From Vibrio phage vB_ValM_R10Z, in the sequence record MT612988.1: 24,000 nucleotides of DNA; one strand, written 5' to 3'. Position 1 is the stretch's first letter. Every line of letters starts with the position of its first letter. Of the stretch, positions 1 through 6,690 are shown piece by piece. The translations under genes and the position numbers were made by a program. The notes under the pieces are model-generated. The model was given only the letters and a program-made list of their open reading frames with translations. It was not told where the DNA came from and ran no database searches.

Positions 1-601
1 TTGAATCAACCGATTCAACAGTCACATAAACGTCACCAAGCTCGATGTTTTCAGCCATTGACAGTATTTCAGATGCTGAATTGTCATCAATTGATAGCGA
101 TTCAATTACAAGCTTATCAGAATCAGCAAGATTAATTTTCATTTCACGCATAGGGAAAACAACGTGAATGTCATTTTTCTTATAACCAAGCTTAGTCGCT
201 TCGGCAACAACCTGATCTAAGTAACCGCCTTTAATCACGATGCTAGGAAGACGAGCTTCAGTACACATGATCATAGACTTAACTTGCTGTAGCTCATGTG
301 CTGGCAATGATAAGAATTCGTTTTCCATAAGCAAGTTGATTGTGCTTACGTTCTCGCTCAGATTAATATCGAAGTTTTTCTCATCGACGTTTTTATCTTC
401 AGCAAGTTTAGTACTCATGATAGATTTAAGCTCATTTGCCTTTTCCATCATGCCGATAGTTGTTTCAACGCCTTTGCCTTTGCTGAACTCAGTAGATGCA
501 GTGCCTAGCTCAACAATAACTTGACCAAACTTAGGGTAGATTTTACCACCCTGAGTTTGACGGCGATTTTCACTCAGAAATGAGTCAAAGTTACCTAACA
601 T
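1..601 (-). CDS. hypothetical protein, partial (C-terminus beyond window start)
   Basis: Not in the ORF track because it runs off the window. The reverse complement from ATG at 601 reads open for 200 codons: MLGNFDSFLSENRRQTQGGKIYPKFGQVIVELGTASTEFSKGKG...; directly downstream of gp55. Confidence 0.8.
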   Translation of the reverse strand, partial: MLGNFDSFLSENRRQTQGGKIYPKFGQVIVELGTASTEFSKGKGVETTIGMMEKANELKSIMSTKLAEDKNVDEKNFDINLSENVSTINLLMENEFLSLPAHELQQVKSMIMCTEARLPSIVIKGGYLDQVVAEATKLGYKKNDIHVVFPMREMKINLADSDKLVIESLSIDDNSASEILSMAENIELGDVYVTVESVDS

Positions 602-610
602 GTTAATTCC

Positions 611-1123
611 TTAATCGTAAAATTTCTGTAAGTTAAGTGGTTCTTTCTGTTCATCTGGTTGAGCTTTAGCAGTCTTGCCAGATTCGTAAGAATTGACACG
701 TTCTAACATCTGTTGAAGAAAATCGAAATCAGTTTCTTCACCATCAATCGAGTAGTTAGACGAATCACATAAGAATACTTTATATTTAATCGCTGTATCT
801 TTTCTTTCTTTCTTAATACGTTGTACAAACGCATTGAAGCAAATACGAGTGATATAAGCGTGTGGGTTGTTATACTTGTCAGTGTCGAAGTTCTTGATAT
901 AGCGCAAGCAATGTTCAATCGCGTCACCAATCATCTCTTCTTTCCATGTTGCAGTATACCCACTAAAATTGTAACGGCGAGATAAATTCTCGCTGATCTT
1001 CATGATGCTGATTGCTACCACGTCAGGGACGGGAATTGCAGCATCAGGGTGTTTCTTCATTTCGTTTTTCCATTCGCACAAAGATGCGTACAGAGCTTTA
1101 TTATCTACATAATGATTTTTCAT
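611..1123 (-). CDS. 55: T4 gp55-like sigma factor for late transcription
   Basis: Strong similarity to T4 gp55 from memory: 'LSRRYNFSGYTATWKEEMIGDAIE', 'NFDTDKYNNPHAYITRICFNAFVQRIKKERK', and C-terminal clamp-binding-like tail 'EPLNLQKFYD'. Confidence 0.95.
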   Translation of the reverse strand: MKNHYVDNKALYASLCEWKNEMKKHPDAAIPVPDVVAISIMKISENLSRRYNFSGYTATWKEEMIGDAIEHCLRYIKNFDTDKYNNPHAYITRICFNAFVQRIKKERKDTAIKYKVFLCDSSNYSIDGEETDFDFLQQMLERVNSYESGKTAKAQPDEQKEPLNLQKFYD

Positions 1124-1131
1124 GTCACACC

Positions 1132-2031
1132 TTATACCGTTACTGCGTGAGTGTATGACAGCTTAGAACTGTTCGCAAGAACACCAAGATTATCCCAGTC
1201 GATTTCAACGGCACCCGTTTGATTGTCTTCTAATGGGGCTACGGTCAATGCGTATCGAGCAATCACACCGTAAATTGGGTGGAATGATTTTGAGTCTTGT
1301 GTTTTATATTGATATGCAATACCAGCGTCTGTTGCTTTGTCAAAGTTGTATGGGCTGAATACTAAACTTGAGATTTCATAATCACCAAGTTCTTTCTTAA
1401 CACCAATTGTTACGTAGTCAGTCGTTGCATACTTGTCATGAACTAGATATAACCCAGAGTCACATTTATACATGCTAGTATCACCAATCTGTGTAGCCAT
1501 ACCAGTGCCCGTCAATAGACCAAATGCTTCACCACCTGCTACGATATATGTACCTGTACAACCCGTCGACTTTTCAATCTCAGCAGCAGATGCATGGACG
1601 AGCGAGTATAATTCTCGACCTTTATCAAAACGATTAGTAATCCCAGATAGCGTAATTGCACTACCAACAGTTGAAATACTGTTTAGTGCATCGATGATAT
1701 TAGTGTTGATGTCATCTGCGATTTGGTCAGCAATAGAATCTGTGATAATCGATTCATTGACACCAAGTGCTTGCATATCTTGAATTGTTTCAAGTGAGAT
1801 TTCAGTTTTTAGCTTTGATGATTGAACTTGTGCATACCAGCGATCAAGTCTAAAACCATGGGGAAGCCAGCCACTCGCGTCATCAGCTTCAGCTACAGAT
1901 TTGAAACCGAATGCAGTCGCAACCGGTTGAGTTGTTGGCTGTTCTGAAACGATTTGCGTAAATATTAACGGGTATAGTCGTTTTTGAACAGAAACAATGT
2001 CTGGTAAACCGTTACTATTAGATACAGTCAT
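1132..2031 (-). CDS. gp23/gp24-family (T4-type HK97-fold) capsid-like protein, short form
   Basis: Motifs resemble T4 gp23: 'VQKRLYPLIFTQIVSEQPTTQPVATAFGFK', 'KLKTEISLETIQDMQALG..ESIITDSIADQIADDINTNII', 'FHPIYGVIARYALTVAP'. Only 299 aa against about 520 aa for T4 gp23. Confidence 0.8.
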   Translation of the reverse strand: MTVSNSNGLPDIVSVQKRLYPLIFTQIVSEQPTTQPVATAFGFKSVAEADDASGWLPHGFRLDRWYAQVQSSKLKTEISLETIQDMQALGVNESIITDSIADQIADDINTNIIDALNSISTVGSAITLSGITNRFDKGRELYSLVHASAAEIEKSTGCTGTYIVAGGEAFGLLTGTGMATQIGDTSMYKCDSGLYLVHDKYATTDYVTIGVKKELGDYEISSLVFSPYNFDKATDAGIAYQYKTQDSKSFHPIYGVIARYALTVAPLEDNQTGAVEIDWDNLGVLANSSKLSYTHAVTV

Positions 2032-2086
2032 TGTATGATTCCTTTAATTTATTGCCGCATTTCAGCGGAGAGAATGTTATTTTCTT

Positions 2087-2326
2087 TTATTTATATGTCT
2101 GGTTATCAACCCATTGCTTGAGTTCTGGAAGATGACCTATGTATGTATCACCATGCATAGCAAGAGGCACGCGAATGTTGCGCACCCCACCAAGTTTCTC
2201 ATGCAATTTATCGATATCAGATTGAGACTGTAACTCTATTACAGTGTACGGGACGTTTTTGAACTTACAGAGGGAAATTGCGTGACGACAGCCGTCACAG
2301 TTGGGAATTGTGTATATCGTTATCAT
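2087..2326 (-). CDS. nrdC: glutaredoxin / thioredoxin-like protein
   Basis: 79 aa; 'ITIYTIPNCDGCRHAISLCKFKNVPYTVIEL' with CxxC (CDGC) active site and a 'VRNIRVPLAMHGDTYIG' cis-Pro-type region. Preceded by GAGGTGAAGAAATG. Confidence 0.85.
   Translation of the reverse strand: MITIYTIPNCDGCRHAISLCKFKNVPYTVIELQSQSDIDKLHEKLGGVRNIRVPLAMHGDTYIGHLPELKQWVDNQTYK
2088..2095 (-). promoter_or_regulatory. T4-type late promoter -10 element TATAAATA
   Basis: Plus strand 'tatttata' = minus strand TATAAATA, exact match to the T4 late consensus, 57 nt upstream of the capsid-like ATG. Confidence 0.75.
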
Positions 2327-2344
2327 TTCTTCACCTCGACCTAT

Positions 2345-2374
2345 ATTATACGTCTGCCAAGGTGGTTATTAAAC
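2345..2374 (-). promoter_or_regulatory. predicted sigma70/early-type promoter for glutaredoxin gene
   Basis: Minus strand GTTTAA-18 nt-TATAAT (-10 at 2345..2350; -35 at 2369..2374). TATAAT is perfect. Confidence 0.5.
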
Positions 2375-2382
2375 AAATCTTA

Positions 2383-2427
2383 CTAATACTTCTAATATTA
2401 CTAAAAGCACTAATACTACTAAGATGA
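2383..2427. repeat. five 9-bp-phased imperfect direct repeats
   Basis: CTAATACTT / CTAATATTA / CTAAAAGCA / CTAATACTA / CTAAGATGA; CTAA begins at 2383, 2392, 2401, 2410 and 2419. Confidence 0.7.
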
Positions 2428-2446
2428 GACGGAATTTTTCCGCTCA

Positions 2447-2472
2447 AACCAAAAAAAGCCCCTTTCGGGGCT
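2447..2472 (-). terminator. rho-independent terminator downstream of SprT-like gene
   Basis: Minus strand: AGCCCC-GAAA-GGGGCT followed by TTTTTT. Confidence 0.85.
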
Positions 2473-2490
2473 ATAAAGAGAACAACAATG

Positions 2491-3318
2491 TTATAAACCG
2501 TGAGATTTTTTGAAAGTGTCTAGACGCTTTTCGATTGTGTGAGCTTCTAGTTCAATAATGATGTACCAATCTTTGTATTTACCACGCTGTTCAAATGACA
2601 CTGACTTACAACCTTTGTGAGTAGTATTCATTACGATTTCTGCGATTGCGTCACGAGCAGCTTGACCACGTGCGTTTACTTTCTTAGCAGGCTTAGGCGC
2701 TTCAGCTTTCTTTTCAGCTTTCGGTGCAGGTGCTGCTACAGGTTCAACTGCTTTAGTATTTTCAGCTTTCTTAGCTTCGTGATCTGCTTTGATAGCGTTG
2801 AATGTTGATGTTGCAACGCAACGAAGTTGACCTTCAGTTTCAGCTTTACGACCTTTCAAGTATAGAGCCTTGATGTGTACTGGTTGAAAACGCTTAGTCA
2901 AACGATCCATTTTCTGAACTACTTCAAGTTCACCTTGAGCGTTTTCGAAGAAAACAACGTACTTGCTATCTACAGCATCAGGGTTAGATACAGTTGAGCA
3001 ACGCTTTGCATCGCCACCTAGTTGACGGTGTACACGCTTCCAGATAGCACCGTGACCACGTTCGTTGTAATCAGTGTAAGCAATCGCATGAGCCATTTCG
3101 TGAGTGATTGTGTTGATTTGCTCTTCTTTAGTACGAGCGTTCAAGAATTCTTCAGAAATACGTAGCGTTTTAGTACGGTAGTTACAATCACCTAGTGCAG
3201 CTTTACGTTTTGAAAATTCAAATGACCAACCTTCTGCAATCAGATCGCGCTTCATCAAGTTGTTACCAGACATAAGGTCGATTGCGATAGCTTTCATTTC
3301 TGCTTTAGTGATTGTCAT
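2491..3318 (-). CDS. SprT-like zinc metalloprotease domain protein
   Basis: 'EQINTITHEMAHAIAYTDYNERGHGAIWKRVHRQLGGDAKRCS' matches SprT-type HExxH...H; Ala/Lys/Pro linker, then a C-terminal domain 'HKGCKSVSFEQRGKYKDWYIIIELEAHTIEKRLDTFKK'. RBS AAAGAGAGAAC before ATG. Confidence 0.8.
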   Translation of the reverse strand: MTITKAEMKAIAIDLMSGNNLMKRDLIAEGWSFEFSKRKAALGDCNYRTKTLRISEEFLNARTKEEQINTITHEMAHAIAYTDYNERGHGAIWKRVHRQLGGDAKRCSTVSNPDAVDSKYVVFFENAQGELEVVQKMDRLTKRFQPVHIKALYLKGRKAETEGQLRCVATSTFNAIKADHEAKKAENTKAVEPVAAPAPKAEKKAEAPKPAKKVNARGQAARDAIAEIVMNTTHKGCKSVSFEQRGKYKDWYIIIELEAHTIEKRLDTFKKSHGL

Positions 3319-3362
3319 AATGTTCTCTCTTTAAGTAGTTCGTATCTCGTCTTGATGTGTTT

Positions 3363-3391
3363 ATTATCGGGGATTGACGTGTTATTGTCAA
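3363..3391 (-). promoter_or_regulatory. predicted sigma70-type promoter for SprT-like gene
   Basis: Minus strand TTGACA (3386..3391) - 17 nt - GATAAT (3363..3368), followed after 5 nt by CATCAA. Confidence 0.75.
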
Positions 3392-3426
3392 TCCCTAAAA
3401 CTACTTTTTTCGTGAATTATTTCAAA

Positions 3427-3930
3427 TTATTCACTAATTGACTTCACTTTTTCGATAATTTCAACGATTTCTTTCGCTGAACGATTCGAAAATATGATTG
3501 TCGATTTTTTGCGTCGCTGTACTTCTTTATGCTTTGCTGGGTTTAGATGTCCAAGTTCGCGATCAAGTTCCTTATTTGATAATACACTAGAACGAATCAT
3601 TACGCGATGACTATCAGGCAGTCCAGTAGTCACGTATACATTTAGACCGTGCTCTTCAGAGTCCATACCAGGCTGAGATTCTCGAATCTCCCAAAAATCT
3701 GAAGACTCGCTTTGTAGTTCTGCAAGTAGTTCTTCAGCAGTTGCTTTAGGCTGTGCTTCAGCGCGTACTTTACGTGCTTTCTTCGTCTTAGCAGATTTCA
3801 TTGCTTTCTGACGAAGGTCTGTTAAATAATGACGACGACCTTTCTCATCAACAACTTGAAAACCGTTTGAGTCTACTGTCATGTTGAAGTAAGCAGCAAG
3901 TTGTTCGTTAGTCAGTGATTGTACATTCAT
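3427..3930 (-). CDS. hypothetical protein
   Basis: 167 aa ORF with its own RBS (CAGAGAGAATAATTATG) and predicted promoter; Lys/Arg/Ala-rich middle. Confidence 0.8.
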   Translation of the reverse strand: MNVQSLTNEQLAAYFNMTVDSNGFQVVDEKGRRHYLTDLRQKAMKSAKTKKARKVRAEAQPKATAEELLAELQSESSDFWEIRESQPGMDSEEHGLNVYVTTGLPDSHRVMIRSSVLSNKELDRELGHLNPAKHKEVQRRKKSTIIFSNRSAKEIVEIIEKVKSISE

Positions 3931-3969
3931 AATTATTCTCTCTGTTCGTTAATTCGTTTCGATGAAGCT

Positions 3970-3998
3970 ATATTAGGTCTATATTGTTTTTCGTGCAA
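3970..3998 (-). promoter_or_regulatory. predicted sigma70-type promoter
   Basis: Minus strand TTGCAC (3993..3998) - 17 nt - TAATAT (3970..3975), followed after 5 nt by CATCGA. Confidence 0.7.
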
Positions 3999-4049
3999 CC
4001 TTTTTCTGACAAAAAGTTTAAAATAATTTCAACGGGTGTTATGAGCAAT

Positions 4050-4057
4050 CATAAATA
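4050..4057 (+). promoter_or_regulatory. candidate T4-type late promoter element (CATAAATA, 7/8)
   Basis: Plus strand 'catAAATAc' about 31 nt upstream of the ATG at 4089, followed by RBS-like AAAGGGTGAG. Confidence 0.5.
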
Positions 4058-4088
4058 CACATATATTTCTAAAGGGTGAGTCTATAAA

Positions 4089-5717
4089 ATGATTGGATTT
4101 CAACAATTAAATGAAAACATGAGCGCAACGTACGACTATTATCCGGCTCGCTCGACCAAAGAAAACAAATTCTTTGTGATCGACATGAAAGGCGAAGCCA
4201 GAGACATCGTTGTTTCGTTCACAACTAAAACAAAATCAGATATCGGAAATCGCGGTAAACGTTCTTGGTTCTGTACTGTATCAGCAATGCGCGGCAAAAA
4301 AGGCGGTGTTACTATTCGTGAAATGGGAGATGAACAAAAGCTTCAACAAACTATTGTTAAAGTGGTTCAAGATTTCATGATCAAACGTCGTGCGAATGTC
4401 GTTTCAATGCGTGTGCAGAAACTAGGTACGGGTAAGATGTTCGACTTGCGCGTTAAAACGTTGTTTAAAAAGCTACGTTACGGCTGTGATACAACTAAGA
4501 TTATTGGCGTGGGTGGTGAAGAAATTTCGCAAGATTACAGCTTCTTTATTGTAACCAAACCAGGGTATAATGCCGATAAGCTATTCGAAGCATCTGAAGA
4601 AACAATTAACGATATTGCGTTAAAAATGTCACTCGAAACTGATATTTCAAGCAAGAAAACGATTATCGTAACTGCCGATGCTGCGTATGACGACTATGAA
4701 GATGACGTACTAGGTAAATGGGTAGAAGAAAACCCCGCTGCACGTGTTCCAAATGATGTTCTTCAAATGCCTCAATATGAAGCGCGTGTAAGTTCGTCTG
4801 TTCGTTCTCAATTGAATGAAAGCAATGAACATGTTCTTGCTAATGCTGCGAAAGGTTTAATTGATATGAGTTTGAATCTTGAAACTGTGGCAGTTTCATT
4901 GAATTCATATATCGCCGAATCGAAGAAGCCTCAAAGCGTTCTGAATAGTATCATGGAATCTCGCTCACGTGCTCATGCAAGTCAGTATGAACGTCTTTCT
5001 TTGCAACTTATGCAGGAAGATTCATTTGCGGGTCTATCGTCACTTACACAAGCGGCTATTGCTAGATACTCCGCGACTCGTTTTTCATGGAAGGTGAATG
5101 AAGAGTTATTACACGGAACTGGTGTTGATAAAGAATCACAGATTGTCTCACGCATCGACCAAGCGTTTTCTGAAGCTGGTATGATTGCTGGTGGAATGAC
5201 GTTATATCGTGGCTGTGAAATGTCAAGTAAACATGTGCGCTCTATTCTTGAATCTGGCTCGTTTGTTTCGACTGCGTTTATCTCAACGTCAATCGACCCT
5301 CTTGTTGCTTGTAAGTTCGTTGAATCAAGCTCTAAGAACATCATTGATTCAACTGCTAAGAATAGTAAATCAGATATGCGTTCTCTGCTTGAGTCAGATA
5401 AGAAAATGAATGTTGTATTCATCATAGAAGCGAGCGGCTTGCCTGTTTTAGCTTCAGGTAAACACGGTATGAAAGACTCAAAAGAGATTATCATCAACCG
5501 TAATACGATGTTTGAAGCTGACGTTGTTCAAATGTCTGAATACGACGCTGTAATTCGATTGAAAATCAAAGAAGATACGAAGCAAGGTGTATTGTCTGCT
5601 TTCAAAAAGCAAGACCGTTTACACGAGCTTTCAGAAGTAGCTAATTTCATGCGTTCTGTTGATGTAGATGTCGATGCAGATAGACTAACAAAAGAGCGTA
5701 GTCCTCTAACACCATGA
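4089..5717 (+). CDS. Alt-like / VIP2-type NAD:protein ADP-ribosyltransferase
   Basis: 542 aa; C-terminal R-S-E fold signatures: 'MTLYRGCEMS', 'GSFVSTAFISTSIDPLVACKFVE', 'GMKDSKEIIINRNTMFEAD'. Confidence 0.8.
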   Translation: MIGFQQLNENMSATYDYYPARSTKENKFFVIDMKGEARDIVVSFTTKTKSDIGNRGKRSWFCTVSAMRGKKGGVTIREMGDEQKLQQTIVKVVQDFMIKRRANVVSMRVQKLGTGKMFDLRVKTLFKKLRYGCDTTKIIGVGGEEISQDYSFFIVTKPGYNADKLFEASEETINDIALKMSLETDISSKKTIIVTADAAYDDYEDDVLGKWVEENPAARVPNDVLQMPQYEARVSSSVRSQLNESNEHVLANAAKGLIDMSLNLETVAVSLNSYIAESKKPQSVLNSIMESRSRAHASQYERLSLQLMQEDSFAGLSSLTQAAIARYSATRFSWKVNEELLHGTGVDKESQIVSRIDQAFSEAGMIAGGMTLYRGCEMSSKHVRSILESGSFVSTAFISTSIDPLVACKFVESSSKNIIDSTAKNSKSDMRSLLESDKKMNVVFIIEASGLPVLASGKHGMKDSKEIIINRNTMFEADVVQMSEYDAVIRLKIKEDTKQGVLSAFKKQDRLHELSEVANFMRSVDVDVDADRLTKERSPLTP

Positions 5718-5721
5718 TCGA

Positions 5722-5746
5722 AAAAGGGAGCAAATTGCTCCCTTTT
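5722..5746. terminator. bidirectional intrinsic terminator between convergent genes
   Basis: AAAAGGGAGC-AAATT-GCTCCCTTTT, T-rich on both exits, between the convergent ORFs ending at 5717 (+) and 5750 (-). Confidence 0.85.
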
Positions 5747-5749
5747 CTT

Positions 5750-6631
5750 TTATCGAATATCTTCTAGTTCATAACCCCAGATATTACTAAAATCTTCTTC
5801 TGATTCGACGTAATACAATGTATCTTGCTCACATAAAATCATATCACCTGCATCAAGCGCCGCACCTTTTTCACTAATATCAAATGTACGACCTGTTTTA
5901 GTGCGAACTGTAATATCACCTAGCATTGACAGCCAAATGTCAGCCGAATCTAAGTTATTGAACTTACCACGCGGAGTTGTTGCTTCAATGTGAATAACAT
6001 CACTCGATTTTCGCTCTATGTAAACTCGACCGTGTGGCAATCCAAATCGAATGAAATCTCCGTCGTTGTCTAACCAGAATAACTTAGCCCAAGTGAATGC
6101 GTTAGTATTTGGGAAAATAACGTACGTTAGTTCTTCTTCTTTGTGAATCCCGTCGTTATGCAGTCTGCGAACTTTCGGTGGGTTATTGTTCTTCAATGTG
6201 AAGCTATTTCCCATGACGTGAACCGTATAGTCCATCTTGTTCGCGTATCGCTCAGCCATACGTTTGTACAGTCGGAAACGTTTGTCTGCATCATTGCGAT
6301 CTTCATCTGAGTACGCACTAAACGCAATCTCATCAGGGTTAATCTCAGACGCTTTTTCAAACGTAGCAGCTAGAATCGTACTTAATACTGTCATGGCATC
6401 TTTAGGCGATCCTTTTGCAAGCGTGTGCGTCCAATTGCCTGTTTCACGATCTTTTCGTTGGAAAGCTACATATATGCTTACACCGCGTGGCGTTTCGCGA
6501 TCTTGAATCGTTGCTAGGTATTGGGTCCCGCCTACTGTGAAACTAGCTTCATTGTGCATAGCATCCCATCTATATGGCACTGGTCGGTCGAACGCTTCAA
6601 TTAACGTTTCTCCATGTTCAAAAATGATCAT
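5750..6631 (-). CDS. hypothetical protein (predicted late gene)
   Basis: 293 aa ORF preceded by an exact late-promoter element and followed by a terminator; no recognised domain. Confidence 0.8.
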   Translation of the reverse strand: MIIFEHGETLIEAFDRPVPYRWDAMHNEASFTVGGTQYLATIQDRETPRGVSIYVAFQRKDRETGNWTHTLAKGSPKDAMTVLSTILAATFEKASEINPDEIAFSAYSDEDRNDADKRFRLYKRMAERYANKMDYTVHVMGNSFTLKNNNPPKVRRLHNDGIHKEEELTYVIFPNTNAFTWAKLFWLDNDGDFIRFGLPHGRVYIERKSSDVIHIEATTPRGKFNNLDSADIWLSMLGDITVRTKTGRTFDISEKGAALDAGDMILCEQDTLYYVESEEDFSNIWGYELEDIR

Positions 6632-6655
6632 TTTCGTTATCTCTCTAAATGAAAG

Positions 6656-6663
6656 TATTTATA
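6656..6663 (-). promoter_or_regulatory. T4-type late promoter -10 element TATAAATA
   Basis: Plus strand 'tatttata' = minus strand TATAAATA, exact, 24 nt upstream of the ATG at 6631. Confidence 0.75.
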
Positions 6664-6665
6664 CG

Positions 6666-6686
6666 CAAAAAGGGGCATAAGCCCCC
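6666..6686 (-). terminator. intrinsic terminator of DNA ligase gene
   Basis: Minus strand GGGGC-TTAT-GCCCC-TTTTTG directly after the ligase stop. Confidence 0.8.
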
Positions 6687-6690
6687 TTTA

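Noticed and set aside
240-524. Plus-strand ORF antisense to the partial first gene
   Set aside because: Opposite strand of a continuous minus-strand coding frame, low-complexity Ser/Leu-rich composition, no RBS; typical antisense artefact.
703-930. Plus-strand ORF within gene 55
   Set aside because: Fully antisense to the strongly recognised gp55 homolog.
1472-1783. Plus-strand ORF within the capsid-like gene
   Set aside because: Antisense to a supported gene; no independent signal.
2617-2808. Plus-strand Phe/Arg/Cys-rich ORF
   Set aside because: Antisense of the Ala/Lys linker of the SprT-like gene; composition explained by codon bias.
4982-5497. Minus-strand 171-aa ORF inside the ADP-ribosyltransferase gene
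   Set aside because: The plus frame carries recognisable R/STS/E motifs; the minus frame shows no recognisable domain and no clear RBS.
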